DNA of 64,000 bases, from IMG/VR virus record IMGVR_UViG_3300028888_000109. One strand, written 5' to 3'. Of the stretch, positions 49,819 through 62,634 are shown in pieces. The notes below the pieces were generated by a model. That model was not told the DNA's origin. It ran no database searches and worked only from the letters and a program-made list of their open reading frames with translations. The position numbers and the translations under genes were made by a program. The stretch is from an uncultured virus (IMG/VR IMGVR_UViG_3300028888_000109). Lineage: Duplodnaviria > Heunggongvirae > Uroviricota > Caudoviricetes. Positions within the stretch are counted from its first letter, which is position 1. Every line of letters begins with the position of its first letter.

Positions 49819-50917
49819 GATAGCACTTTTACTTTCAGGTGGAGTTGATTCATCGGTGGCTTTACATATGCTTTGTAGTGCTGGTGAGAAGCCTGATTGT
49901 TTTTATATACATATAGGTCCTGATAAGGATGATACATATAGTTGTACATCTGATGAAGATGTAGAGATGTGCCAAGCTGTAACAAAGCGTTATGGTGTTA
50001 ATTTTGAGATTGTAGATTTGCATAAGGAGTATTGGGATAATGTTGTAAAATACACTATGGAGACTATCAAGAAGGGATATACTCCAAATCCTGATGTTAT
50101 GTGCAATACTCTTATTAAGTTTGGGGCATTCTATAAGAAAATTGGGAAGAATTATGATTATATTGCAACTGGTCATTATGCTACTCGTGTAGGTTATGGA
50201 GATCCTGAGAATCCTGAGTGGTGGATTTGCCCAGCTAAGGATCCAGTAAAGGATCAAGTGGATTTTATTGCAAATATCAATACATTTTTTGTTCCTGTTC
50301 ATAAGTTGATATTTCCTGTTGGTAATCTTATGAAGGATGAGGTTCGTAAGATTGCAGAGGAGAATCATCTTATAAATGCAAAGCGAAAGGATTCACAAGG
50401 TATTTGTTTCTTAGGAAAGATTAATTACAATGATTATATTGAGCAGTATCTTGGTCGTAAGGAAGGAGATATTGTTGATGTAGATACTTGTGAGGTATTA
50501 GGAAAGCATCAAGGATATTGGTTCCACACAATTGGACAACGTAAGGGGTTAGGTCTTTCAGGTGGTCCTTGGTATGTAGTTGGAAAGGATGTTAAGCAAA
50601 ATATTGTTTATGTTTCTAAGGATATAAATCGTAATGCTTCTAAGGAGTTTATGATAGGTAATATCAATTGGTTAACTCGTAATTTAATTAATGATTACAA
50701 GAACTTGCACGATATTGATAGTGAGATCATATGTAATATTTCTTTTAAGATACGTCATACTCCACAGGTTTTTTCTGGGAAGCTTAAGTATATTGATGAT
50801 ACACAAAAGCTTGTGATTGAGGCAGATGAGCCTATTTCAGTAGCTCCAGGTCAATTCTGCATTCTTTATGATGACACTTATTCTCATTGTTATGGTTGTG
50901 GTGAAATTTTAATTTAA
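49805..50917 (+). CDS. mnmA: tRNA 2-thiouridine synthase MnmA
   Basis: LSGGVDSSV, TPNPDVMCN, ATGHYA, KDQ, KDSQGICFLG, HTIGQRKGLG, APGQ. Confidence 0.95.
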   Translation: MKTNKIALLLSGGVDSSVALHMLCSAGEKPDCFYIHIGPDKDDTYSCTSDEDVEMCQAVTKRYGVNFEIVDLHKEYWDNVVKYTMETIKKGYTPNPDVMCNTLIKFGAFYKKIGKNYDYIATGHYATRVGYGDPENPEWWICPAKDPVKDQVDFIANINTFFVPVHKLIFPVGNLMKDEVRKIAEENHLINAKRKDSQGICFLGKINYNDYIEQYLGRKEGDIVDVDTCEVLGKHQGYWFHTIGQRKGLGLSGGPWYVVGKDVKQNIVYVSKDINRNASKEFMIGNINWLTRNLINDYKNLHDIDSEIICNISFKIRHTPQVFSGKLKYIDDTQKLVIEADEPISVAPGQFCILYDDTYSHCYGCGEILI

Positions 50918-50929
50918 TAAAATTTAATT

Positions 50930-51289
50930 ATGGATATAGTTTTATATATTATTTTAGGTTTAATTGTTTGTACATTATGTTGTTATTTGGAAAATAAATT
51001 TTTCCATAAAAACAATTTTGATAATTATCCAGTAGATATTATACTTGATAAAAATAATCAATTAAATATGGTAATTGCTGGAATACTGCGGCCTATTTAT
51101 TTCTTTAAAAGATATGATGGTGAATTAGCCGGAAAATCAACGTATCAACCTATTATATGTAAAGATGAAGAAACATTTTTATATTATAAAAGTATTTTCA
51201 AGACATGTAAAGATGTTTGGGATTGGGAAAAACAGGAATTTGAAAAATATAAAACTTTTGTAGAAGTGTATATTAAAAAGAATTCTTAG
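50930..51289 (+). CDS. Hypothetical protein with N-terminal TM helix
   Basis: IVLYIILGLIVCTLCCY. Confidence 0.6.
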   Translation: MDIVLYIILGLIVCTLCCYLENKFFHKNNFDNYPVDIILDKNNQLNMVIAGILRPIYFFKRYDGELAGKSTYQPIICKDEETFLYYKSIFKTCKDVWDWEKQEFEKYKTFVEVYIKKNS

Positions 51290-51292
51290 AAT

Positions 51293-51320
51293 TTGAATAT
51301 TCTAAGAATTTTTCTATATT
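51293..51320 (+). promoter_or_regulatory. Conserved phage promoter TTGAAT-N16-TATATT
   Basis: Followed by ATATATGTAAAA. Confidence 0.7.
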
Positions 51321-51344
51321 ATATATGTAAAATAAATTAAATAT

Positions 51345-51629
51345 ATGAAGATTAGATTTACATTCTGGGAAATTTCTTTCAATGGCCAAGTTCTTAATCG
51401 CACTTTTACTTTCAAAGGTGCTAAGAAGTGGATGAAGAAGTGGATGGAAGAGAATTTGAATAAACATTATAAAGTTCTTGATCCAGAAACAAATACATTG
51501 GTTGATTCAGAGAAAGTTATTTATAATGGCTTTGATAAAGTTCAAATTAGAGAATGTATTGTTAATGATGAACGTAAAAGCCCAGAAATGATTGTAAGTT
51601 ACACATATTATCATACAGAAAACGATTAA
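51345..51629 (+). CDS. Hypothetical protein
   Basis: 94-aa ORF. Confidence 0.65.
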   Translation: MKIRFTFWEISFNGQVLNRTFTFKGAKKWMKKWMEENLNKHYKVLDPETNTLVDSEKVIYNGFDKVQIRECIVNDERKSPEMIVSYTYYHTEND

Positions 51630-51633
51630 AGAT

Positions 51634-52269
51634 ATGACAAATAATTTTGACGCAATTCGAAAATATGTAGCAGAGCTTGGTATTCCTCAGGAATATGATA
51701 CTCGTTGTGACCTTTATTTTGATATTCAATTGATTCGTCGTGGTAAGGATCACCCAGGTCTACCAGCAGCTAATTATACATTCAAGACATATTATATTGA
51801 TTGTCTGGATAATTTTGACAAGTATAAGGATGAGATTGTCAAGTGTTGTGAGATGTTTGGGCTTCGTGCTTATGTAGCTGTTAATGTTAAGTCTAAATAT
51901 AAAGCCTGTCTTGAAACAATTCAGAAGTATGCATACAATCTTACAAATGGTGAATCTCGTAAGCCTTGGCGAGTATTTGCTTCAGTTTGCGGTGGCCAAG
52001 ATGGTGAGGAAAAACGTTGGGTTGTAGATTGTGATGATTGTGATAATCTTGAGGAATATTTGCAAAAAATAACTTTATCTATTCGTGAGTGTGAAAGCTC
52101 TTATGATGACCCAATTGTAATGACTATTCCTACTCGTTCTGGTTATCATATTATAACTCATCCTTTTAATATTAATAGATTTAAGAAAATTTGTGATGCT
52201 AAAAGCATTACTCCACCAGAAATTAAAAAGAATCATATAACATTGCTTTATGAGAATATCACTAAATGA
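51634..52269 (+). CDS. Archaeo-eukaryotic primase (AEP)-fold-like protein
   Basis: WVVDCDD (hhDhD) and TRSGYHII (SxxGxH-like) motifs. Confidence 0.5.
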   Translation: MTNNFDAIRKYVAELGIPQEYDTRCDLYFDIQLIRRGKDHPGLPAANYTFKTYYIDCLDNFDKYKDEIVKCCEMFGLRAYVAVNVKSKYKACLETIQKYAYNLTNGESRKPWRVFASVCGGQDGEEKRWVVDCDDCDNLEEYLQKITLSIRECESSYDDPIVMTIPTRSGYHIITHPFNINRFKKICDAKSITPPEIKKNHITLLYENITK

Positions 52270-53649
52270 TTTATATAGGGAAATTAAATATCCTTATGAA
52301 GAATTAACTGATTTAGAACGAAGTCGTATTGAAGATTTTAGAGGTCTTCATATGGCTGATTATTCAGAAATATATGTTTATTATACAACCGCTAATACAT
52401 TAGGATGTGGGTACCATATTATTGTTTCATTATTACCAGTAGATGACGAAGATGATTATGTTCTAGATTTTGGGCCCACCGCTACGGAAATTACTGATAT
52501 TGATAATTTAATTGAGAACTTTTAATATGAATATATTTAAGTTAGAAAGAATCCTTAATCATCAACATGAGTTGCATTTTAATGTACCTTATGATGATGA
52601 TCAAGCTTCATTATGGGCTACAGAACGTAAATTAGATAAGGCCTGTGAAGAAACTGAAGAATGGGAAAGGAAATATCATGAATTAGAAGAGAAATTCAAG
52701 AATTTCTTTGATATACCAAAGCAAAATGAACTTGGAGAAAAATTCCCATGGGTTGGATATGTAGATATCGATGGAACAATTTACAAGTGTAAAGAATGTG
52801 AACATGAGACTATAATTAGAAATATTGTCTGGGATAATTTTAAAGAAGAATATCTAAAATGTCCTGCTCATTTTTATGACCATAAGCCACAAGGTACATT
52901 CCAAGAAGAATATTTTGCAATGAAATATCTTGGTTTTGTTAAAGTATCGGCTTTTGAAAATGCTCCTACAAAACGTATAGTTTTCTTTTATGATAAACTT
53001 ACTTGGAAACAATCAAATGTAATATATCCGCGATAATATGATTTATAGAATAAAAAAATATACCACAGATGAATTAAAATCTGAATGGGAAAATTGTACT
53101 AAAAAACCTAAAATTATTCATAAAGAATGGTACCAAGCTTCACGTAAAGGAAGAATATTTGGTTTTTGGCATACATTAGGCCATGAATATAGTTGGGATG
53201 ATTTAGTTACATATAAAGCTGATACTTTGGAAGATATGGAGAAATATATTGAAATGTATCATAAATGTAATTATGGTGATTCATGTAAATATGAAATAAT
53301 CAAAGATGTCAAAATTTAATAAAGAAAAATAAAAAGAATAAAGATGAATAAAGATAAGAAAATGCAAATTGCAAAAATGACAGCTCGCCGTATATTAGAA
53401 GCTTTGTCAAATGAAGATTGCTTTGATGGATTTGTTACAAGATTCTTCACACGTACAAAATGCATCAATTATCTTCAGAAACAAATAAATGAATATTTTA
53501 AGCATAACACCAAATTAGATAATTGGAACAAAGATAGTTGGTTCGATATTTTTGATGATAATGAACTTATAGATGCTATTGTTTGGTACATGCAAGAATT
53601 TAATTTGGCTAAAGAAATAGAGGAAGAGAATGAAAATAATAAACATTGA
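52250..53649 (+). other. Cluster of hypothetical ORFs (52250-52525, 52527-53036, 53038-53319, 53344-53649)
   Basis: Packed + strand ORFs. Confidence 0.6.
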
Positions 53650-54580
53650 ATTCAACATACTAATGGGTCTGCCTGGTAGTGGTAAAACTTATTGGGCAGA
53701 ACATAATTATCCTATTTCAAATTTTTGCAATCATAATGGTAGGATGATTGTTAGTCTTGATAAATATAAAGATTCCAAGGGTGATTTCATTTGGGAGGCA
53801 TTAGATGAAGAATTCAAAAATTATATGAATGATTTTTCTATTCTTTATGGAAAGAATAAAATTGATGTTTGTATAGATGGGCCAATTACCACATATAATC
53901 ATCTCGAAAAAGTTGTAGATGATATTATATCTTATATGGATTTATATTGTAGGTGGAGAGGTCCAAAAATAGATTATCAACTTTCATTTGTAATTCATCA
54001 ATGGGATGAAAATAGAGAATATTGTTTGTATAATGATAGACGTCGCAATAGAGAAGTAAAAGCTGGTGCTTCTATTGCATTATTTGAATATACTCTTATA
54101 GATACTAATTTCATAAAAATGCTTCGAAAGCATATTGAGAATATTAGTTTGAAGGATGGTAATAAAATAAGATTAAAAACAATTAAAAGAATTTCACATA
54201 TGGTAAAAAAGACAACTACATTTGAACAAATATTTGAACCAGCATGTGACAACCAAGTTGGACATGGTGATGACCCACAGGGAATGTATTTATATTCTGA
54301 AAGTTGGTCATTAGGTGGTGAATGGGGTGATTGTTGGGGTTCACATGGAAATGTATCTGGTGAGGATCCTAAGGAATTTATTGAACTTGATGATTTTCTT
54401 GAAAGTGTAGCACCAAACATATCTTTTCTTCAATATAAGAAGATAAAGAACCATTGTGTTGAGGTGAAGAATTGGCATGTATCTGATTATTATAGTTCTG
54501 GTACTGATGAAGCATGTTGGAGATGCGATATGAAAAAACTTTATGATATGCTTAAAGAAATGAATTTAATTGAAGATTAA
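53630..54580 (+). CDS. P-loop kinase-like protein (PNK/AAA_33-type N-terminus)
   Basis: ILMGLPGSGKT, CIDG. Confidence 0.65.
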   Translation: MKIINIEFNILMGLPGSGKTYWAEHNYPISNFCNHNGRMIVSLDKYKDSKGDFIWEALDEEFKNYMNDFSILYGKNKIDVCIDGPITTYNHLEKVVDDIISYMDLYCRWRGPKIDYQLSFVIHQWDENREYCLYNDRRRNREVKAGASIALFEYTLIDTNFIKMLRKHIENISLKDGNKIRLKTIKRISHMVKKTTTFEQIFEPACDNQVGHGDDPQGMYLYSESWSLGGEWGDCWGSHGNVSGEDPKEFIELDDFLESVAPNISFLQYKKIKNHCVEVKNWHVSDYYSSGTDEACWRCDMKKLYDMLKEMNLIED

Positions 54581-54581
54581 T

Positions 54582-56018
54582 ATGAGTTGGGAAGGTGATT
54601 GTGATAATGCTTTTGGTTTTGGTATAATTTCTAAAGAAGAAAATAATATGAATGATAAAAAGTATTTTAGTGCCCAAGAAGCAAGGGAAATTTCTGATGC
54701 CGTTAAAGGACAACAAATGAAAGATGAGCTTGATTGGATTTATGAAAAGATCGATAAAGCTAGATTTGATGGCAAACATGAAATCAAATTTTCAAATAAA
54801 ACTTTAATGAAAGCAACAAATGAATTTCTTAAAGCTAAAGGTTTTAAAATTAGTCATTTTTCGGGAACTCAATGGGATCCATGTGATGACACAACAATTT
54901 CTTGGTAAATTATGAGTTATACAGAATTTCACAAAGGTAAAATTAAAATAGTAGCTCGCGGAGATGAAGCTATTAAAAAGTATATTAAAGACAATAATCT
55001 TGAAGAAAGAATTAGTCTTTATATAGATAAAGATACTAATGAAATTACAGATTTGGAAGATACAGAATCATTTAATGGTGATAAATGGGATCATGAATAT
55101 CACATGCTAACATATAGAAGATATATGAAAGATGTTGATAAAAATATCGAAGATTCTGATAGATATAAACGTAATCCTAATGCCGAACATCTTCTTATTA
55201 AATATCTTGAACACGAACATTTTGAATTAGGAGAAGAAGACATAGATATTCATTCTCGTATATCAAAAGATGAATTTGAATTCGCGATATCATTCTATAA
55301 TGGAGGATGTTGTGAACAGGAAATTTATGAAGATATCATAAATGAATTTGATTTGGATGCAGAATATGAAAATGATTATGAAATGGTTAAGATAACTCCT
55401 CGTGAGTCATATATGATTCTTGATTGTTTTCAATATGTATTAATGCATATGAATATTGAAAAACTTGATTATCTTTTTTGTAATTATTCAAAAGAAGAGA
55501 TTGCTAAATTAGGTCAACGTTTTGGTGATATTAATCTTAAAAATCAGTGGTAAAATTATGATTGAACGTGTTGAAGAGCGAGTAAGAAATATGGTCAGCT
55601 CTTTTTATAATATAGCTCAGATATTAAAAAATCTTGATAACAAGAAAGTTCATGAATATCTTTTAGAACATGCTAAAGATATTTCAGAAACAATGTATTG
55701 TTCTATTGATTATCTGATAGATTTAGGAAAAGTTATGGATGAAAATCTACCAGATGGTTTTGATATTAATGAACATTTAGATAAATCAAAATACCATAAA
55801 TTATGAAAGCATCAGAATTAATTGCAAAATTAGCTGATATGATCACTTTACATGGTGATTGTAATGTTCTAGGTTGGGATAATGAACATATAGCTTATAA
55901 AGATTTTATTTCATTATATTATACTAATGAAAATGAATATGATGAACAATTATGGTCTTTAGATTCATATAAAGAGAATTTTAAAAAGATAGCTAATAAT
56001 ATAGTGATAAATTATTGA
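54582..56018 (+). other. Cluster of hypothetical ORFs (54582-54908, 54912-55553, 55558-55806, 55803-56018)
   Basis: Packed + strand ORFs. Confidence 0.6.
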
Positions 56019-56061
56019 TATAATGCAATTTTAGAAAAATTAATATAATTTTTAATATTAT

Positions 56062-56089
56062 TTGAAATTTGATAAATATTTTCTATATT
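56062..56089 (+). promoter_or_regulatory. Conserved phage promoter TTGAAA-N16-TATATT
   Basis: Followed by ATATTTGTAAA. Confidence 0.7.
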
Positions 56090-56126
56090 ATATTTGTAAA
56101 TAGAATAACAAATAAAATCAAATAAT

Positions 56127-57436
56127 ATGAACGATTATCGTTGGATTACCCTTACCTCAAGAAACATTGATTGTTCAACTATTACAGTTGAGGAGTTTGT
56201 TTCAGCAATGTTTGCTGATTTTCTCGAAGCTCAGGATAAATATAATGAGCTTTATATTCCTGAATGGGAAGCTCGTAAGGTGAAGAATTTTGAAAACCAT
56301 ATAGCTTCGGTTCGTAAGCATTCAACTAAGGTTGCTGAAAAGAAGTGGAAAACGGAGAAGAAGCGTAATGCTTATATTGAATCAGAAGTTAAGAAAGCCC
56401 GTAAGGAATATAAGATTGATTCTTTTTATTATGACCTTTCATTCTTTGATTTTAAGGTTAATCCGGGTGAGATGGGTCTTTCTGATAATTGTTGTATTTC
56501 TTATAAGGAGTTAACTCCGGCTAAGCTTCGTCGTTGTTATGAGACGATTAAAGATAACAAATATTTTAAGAAAGCAACAGGTTGGAAGCTTACTTATGAA
56601 GCAAGTAATAATTCATATCAGGTTTCTTTCCGACCGCAGATTAAGTTAATCGTTGATGAGGAGACCGAAAATCAGATGACAAATGACGAGAAGTGTTTGG
56701 CAGAATCTGTTCATAAGTTCTATGAAAATTGTGATTATTATGGAGATTAAAATATGAATTATTATATAGCATATAAAGATAATAATGGTAAAGACTTTAA
56801 TGGTCAACCATGGATTATACCAGAAGATGGTTATGATGATTTAAATTTTGCAAAAAGAATTACTAATGATTTAATCAATCGTGGGTTTGTTGATGTAACT
56901 TTATTTGGTTGTAATGAACCATTAGATGAAGAGGTAGATTGGCAATTTGTTGAAGAAAATAAAATAATAGAATAATTATGAATGATATAAGTCCCGTTAT
57001 TTATTTCCAATATCACCCAGATGCTACTCTTAAAGAGTATTTGGAATATGTAGCATCAAAAGAAAAGGAAAAGAAAGATGCTGAACTTGAAAGGCATAAT
57101 AAATGTATAGAATGGTATAAAGCTCTTGAAGGGAGATATTTTCTTATTTGTTTCCATTCTAATTCATATATGGCAGTTAAAGTAACTAAGTGGCCAGATA
57201 CTGAATTCAAGAACTCATATACTTGTTATAATATTGGGTTGAATCCTAATCATATTTGTAAGGAAGAAAATAGGGATGTAAATAGATATTGGTTTAAGAA
57301 TCCTTATGAAAAACCTTATTTTGGACAAAATGAAGGTTCATGTAAAGAGATTTCGGAAGAGAAATATAATGAAATCGCTGAGAAATGTGCTCAAATTGAA
57401 GAGATAACAAATTCTATTAATGTAAGAAATATATGA
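56127..57436 (+). other. Hypothetical ORFs (56127-56750, 56754-56975, 56978-57436)
   Basis: Packed ORFs after the promoter. Confidence 0.6.
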
Positions 57437-58056
57437 AGAATAAGCAATTTATTTATACTGAAAAGGATGCCGAAAAAATGTTCTTTACAAGTGACACCCA
57501 TTTTTGTCACGAGAATATTATCAAATATTGTAAACGTCCATTTAAGGATGTTATAGAAAATGATGAAGAGATAATTCGTCGTTGGAATGAAAAGGTTCCT
57601 GAAGACGGTATTGTATTTCATCTTGGCGATGTTGCATTTGGAGATCCTGAGCGTGTTGATAATATTCTTGAACGTCTTAATGGTACAATTTATCTTGTAA
57701 TTGGTAATCATGACTGGAGACGAATTGTAAATCAACATAAATGGAGATTTGAATTAATGACTCAGCAAATCAATATGAAGATTGGTAAACGTCACGTTAT
57801 TTTGAATCACTATCCTTTCTTGGCATTTTCTGGTGCATGGCGTGGAGTAGATGCAACATATCAATTGTTTGGACATGTACATACATCTCCTTATACTGAT
57901 GAAGGTCTTGACCAAGCACGAATGAAGATGTTGTTTACTTCACAATATGATGTAGGTGTTGATAATAATGACTTTACACCAGTATCTTGGGAAGAAGTTG
58001 ACCAAATTATAAATAATCAAATGATGAGTTTAGGAATGTGTCGTAATGAATTATAA
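57433..58056 (+). CDS. Calcineurin-like metallophosphoesterase
   Basis: TSDTHF, HLGDV, GNHD, NHYP, GHVH. Confidence 0.9.
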   Translation: MKNKQFIYTEKDAEKMFFTSDTHFCHENIIKYCKRPFKDVIENDEEIIRRWNEKVPEDGIVFHLGDVAFGDPERVDNILERLNGTIYLVIGNHDWRRIVNQHKWRFELMTQQINMKIGKRHVILNHYPFLAFSGAWRGVDATYQLFGHVHTSPYTDEGLDQARMKMLFTSQYDVGVDNNDFTPVSWEEVDQIINNQMMSLGMCRNEL

Positions 58057-58288
58057 TAACAAATATCAAGAACCATGTACTTGGCATGAAGCGCATTGCT
58101 ATGATTTTAATTCTCCACGTATGAGATATGATGATGTTGATGCATATCTTAAGGTTTTTTATAAAGTATTTGGAGATAGAGATGAATTACATCCTGGAGA
58201 ATTTAAACAATCAGAAGAGTATTTCAATAAACTATATAAGAGAGAAATAAGAAAAAGCAAAATATTTAGATATTTCGGTTTCAAATAA
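58046..58288 (+). CDS. Hypothetical protein
   Basis: 80-aa ORF. Confidence 0.55.
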   Translation: MNYNNKYQEPCTWHEAHCYDFNSPRMRYDDVDAYLKVFYKVFGDRDELHPGEFKQSEEYFNKLYKREIRKSKIFRYFGFK

Positions 58289-58300
58289 TTTTAATATTAT

Positions 58301-58328
58301 TTGAATTTTTTAAATATTATACTATATT
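58301..58328 (+). promoter_or_regulatory. Conserved phage promoter TTGAAT-N16-TATATT
   Basis: Followed by TATATTGTAA. Confidence 0.7.
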
Positions 58329-58353
58329 TATATTGTAATTAAAATGGTATAAT

Positions 58354-61300
58354 ATGAAGACAATTCTTATCAATCTTGTAAATTCTTCAAAAGTACTTAA
58401 TACGTTTATTAATCTCAAGTCTCGTTGGGAAGACGAAAAAAATTACGAAAACTTTGATGATTATGCCAAGGTAATGATACAGGCAATCGAAAAAGAAACA
58501 AAGAAGGATATTAAACTTATTAAAGGTACGAAACGACCATTTGGAGTAAGTTTTGAAATTGAAGGATTGAAATTTAACCTTTTTCTTAAGACAAATGGTC
58601 ATTCTGCATGGCTGGCTTGTAAAAAAATATAAACCGAAAGAAAATTGGAGTAAATTAGAATAATTAATAACAACTTAAAATATATAAAAAATGAAATTCG
58701 TACTTGGAATCAAACCAACTATTATCACTGGGTGGGGAACAACATTTAATGCTAAAGCAAGAGTTAGAGATTCTATTCGTGGATGTTTTTGTATTTCTTC
58801 ACAGTTTGGTTCTGCTTATACCGATGCTTTAGGTAGAGATGCTAAATATGTATATGGCTACAATATTGAGGTGTTTAAGCGTGGAAAGTATCGTAAAGAT
58901 AAGCATTATGTGATTTATAGATATACATTCCCTATTGAGATGTTCAAACTTTTGAATGTTGAGATTAAACAGGGAACTCGAACATTTAAAATTACACCTA
59001 AGAAGTAATAGACAAATCAAAGAAGGATAATTTAAATGAGTACTATTAGAAAAGATTTTAAACATGGTGATATGTATATAACTACAAGCCACCGTCAAGT
59101 ATTCCACATGGGTATTTGTGGTGGAGTTGCGGGTATATTTACTGGTGGGTATTTTGATAGAGATTTAACTATTGAAGAAGCTATTGAAATACATACAATT
59201 AATATGCAACATGATTATCCTAGGATGAACATTACAAAGGAAATGGTTAAGGAGGTTTTGACCAAAAATCCTGAAGAGAAATATTTTCTTAATATGGGTG
59301 GTGAAGTCATTTCATATGATAATCATGAGAAGCCAGATATTTTTGATGTAAGATTTCTTAATGGGGAAGATATTGATAAACTTTCCAAAGAAAAGGAGCA
59401 ATGGCTTGATGATCATGGAATTACAGTAGGTAATTGGGACGAAGATGGTGAAATTAGATGTTGGGAAGATTAAATTATATAAATTATGGATGCAAATAGG
59501 ATGATGGAAATTGAAGCAGAAATGGCTTCAGTAGTTATAAATGCATGTGGTAGCACAGGTGTTTTGAAAGCAGTAAATAACGATAAACTTTATGGCGATA
59601 CTAAGATTCGTCATAAAAAGGCATTAGATGAAGCAAATAAGTTTGCTGATAAAAACGGAAATGTTAATCCTAATATTCAAGCAATATTTGCTCGTATGTA
59701 TGGACTAATTTAATTTTTTATTATGAGTAAGGTTACAAAAGATTGTGTAGAATTTGTATTTGTTGGTGAAAACATGCGAGGAGGATTTTCATCAATGGAG
59801 GATGCATTAAAGTATGTTAAGAAAAAATTGCCATCAAATGGAAAATCTTGGAAGATTGAAGAGATTCATACCAAGGTAATTGAACATGAAATTGAAAGTG
59901 AACGTAAAGTAGTTGAAGATAAGGAAATTACTAAGAGGATTATTGATTACTTTATAGAGCATGCTACAGAAGATAATGTAAAATTTAGCCATGATGAACA
60001 ATATTTCTTCAATCCAGAACATAGAGATTTTAGGTATCATGATCAATTATATAGTTTCTTATGTACACAACATTATCTTGGGTATACAAAAGAACAATAT
60101 ATGAATCTCTATAATGAGATTTATAAGAAATATGCAGATAATAGTGGTTATGCATATGATGGTAGTGTATGTGAATGTATTTGTTATTTAGCAATGGCTG
60201 AATCATTTAATATGACTAAGGACGATATTTTAGGAATTGATTTTTCTAATTATAAAGTTAGTAATAAATTTGCAGAAACTCATCCTGATATATATAAAGA
60301 AAAAGATCATTGGTTGCATGATCTTTATTATGCAGATGGGTATTATTTTAAACCTAATGAATATCCAGGAATTACTGAGCAACCTAAGATTTGGAAATAT
60401 CTTAGAGGTCAAGAATTGCTTGATGCATATAAAGAAGAATTAAAGAGAGTTCCTATTGAAGATTGGTATTGGGAACGTAATGTTGGTGATTATAGGCCAT
60501 GTCATAACTACAAGTTGGTTATGAAACGTCCTAAGAAATATAATGATGATGATTTTTCTATTCACATGTTTGGCAAATATTTGCCAGGTATTATGTTTAG
60601 AGATGGAGATATTTATGTAACTGATGACCAATATATAGGTCGTAATACTCACCTTAGAAGTACATCTGTTTGTGATGTAGATGAAAAACTTTATAATTAT
60701 TGTATAAAAAATTTGAAATAATATGTTTACATTTTATATTTTAAATACAATTTTGTTAATTGCCGCTATTGTTGCAATTAGTCTCCAATTCTTTATTATT
60801 CATCGTCAAAAAGAGATGAATGATTTAAATAGTTTTGTTTTGACTTTTAGTAAGTTGATTACAAATAAAAAATGTTTTATTCGTGAACCTGATTGTTCTC
60901 TTCGTGATGCAAGTATACATACAGTTATTAACAATGGTGAAATAGCTTTAATGATTGATTTGATTAAGAAAGAAAATAAAGAATAAATATGACTCCTAAA
61001 GAAACAGTAAATCTAAAAGTTGGTGATGAATTTTTCATAGTTATAATGTCAAATGCTTATGATTTTATCAATCCATTTATTAGAACATGTAAATATGGAA
61101 GATCAAAATATTATAAACCACTTGGTGTGTTTAAAACAAAAGTTACAGAAATAACTGAAAAATCAAATATCCATAGTGATAAAAATATTCCAACTTCATA
61201 TTACATTGAAGGAAAAATTGATACATCAGAATTTGAGCATTTAATATGGAGAGGTAGATGGGATGAATTACCAGAAGGTAAAGAATCCCAGGATTATGCT

Positions 61301-62037
61301 GGGTATAATTGGTGTTCTAAAGAGTTTTATGCTAATTTTCAAAATCCATTTGGTGATAATGGTTCAACATCAAATTGTTTTTTTACAAAAGAAGAAGCAC
61401 AACAATATTATGAAAAAAACCTTAAAAAGTTTAATAAAGATGTAAAAACTTATGTTGCCCATCTTAAAAATGAAATTGAATTAGCAAACAAAAATATTAT
61501 TAATGCCCAAGACCAACTTAAAAAATATGAATCTATTATTTAAATTTGGTAATTTTTTACATAATCATTTTGAAGATTTTACAAAACCATTTGTATTGAC
61601 ATTAGGTTTTTTTGGTATTGTTTTTGCAATTATAGGACATTATGGTACCGTTGGTTTTAATATTAAATGGTTTTTATTTTTTGAATTACCATTATATTTA
61701 TTTTGTATATGGGCTTTACATGGGGCATATAAATTATATAAAATGACAAAAAGAGATGATATTAAAAATTAATTATGATCATAAACCTAATGTTATTGTT
61801 GAATTAACTTCATCATTAGAAGGAGTATGGTGGAATATTGTATTTGAATCAGATGATTTTGATAAACGTTACTATACTTCTAATCTGGCACCAAGCGAAT
61901 CAATGACTAAATTACATGAAGATATGGTTGATACATATCTTAATATTATGGGTAGTGTACCTTATAGTAAAGATGAAATATTAGCAAATTCAAAAATTCA
62001 TATTATAAATTTAACAAGACATATTAAACCAAATTAA
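58354..62037 (+). other. Cluster of hypothetical ORFs (58354-58632, 58691-59008, 59036-59473, 59486-59713, 59723-60721, 60723-60986, 60989-61543, 61527-61772, 61756-62037)
   Basis: Packed + strand ORFs; two have TM segments. Confidence 0.6.
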
Positions 62038-62040
62038 ATT

Positions 62041-62634
62041 ATGAAAATATTTTTTGATACAGAATTTACAGGACTACATAAAAATACTACACTTATATCA
62101 ATTGGATTAGTTGATGAGAATAATAGAACATTTTATGCAGAATTTTCAGATTATGATGAGTGTCAATGTGATCAATGGATTAAAGAAAATGTACTTGCAA
62201 ATTTAAAATATGCAAATGCTCCTTATTCTGAACCATTTGTTAATATTAATAAAAATCATACTAATGTTTATGGAGATAAAAATTATATAAAAGATCAACT
62301 TTATGAATGGCTTTCATTATATGACAATGTTGAATTAGTTTCAGATGTTTGTCATTATGATATGGTTCTATTTATAGATATATTTGGTAGTGCATTTGAT
62401 ATTCCAAAACATGTTAATGCCGCTTGTCATGATATAAATCAAGATATTGCACAATATTATCATATTGATGAAAATCATGCATTCGATAAATCACGTGAAG
62501 ATATATTAAAAGAACATAGTCAATCTATAGAAGGAGATAAGCATAATTCACTTTATGATGCTAAAGTTATACAATCTATTTACAATATTATAAATTCAAA
62601 AAGTAATACGGATGGAGAATTTCAATTTGAGTAA
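62041..62634 (+). CDS. DEDD 3'-5' exonuclease (Rv2179c-like)
   Basis: IFFDTEFTG, LISIGLV, YD, HNSLYDA. Confidence 0.85.
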   Translation: MKIFFDTEFTGLHKNTTLISIGLVDENNRTFYAEFSDYDECQCDQWIKENVLANLKYANAPYSEPFVNINKNHTNVYGDKNYIKDQLYEWLSLYDNVELVSDVCHYDMVLFIDIFGSAFDIPKHVNAACHDINQDIAQYYHIDENHAFDKSREDILKEHSQSIEGDKHNSLYDAKVIQSIYNIINSKSNTDGEFQFE

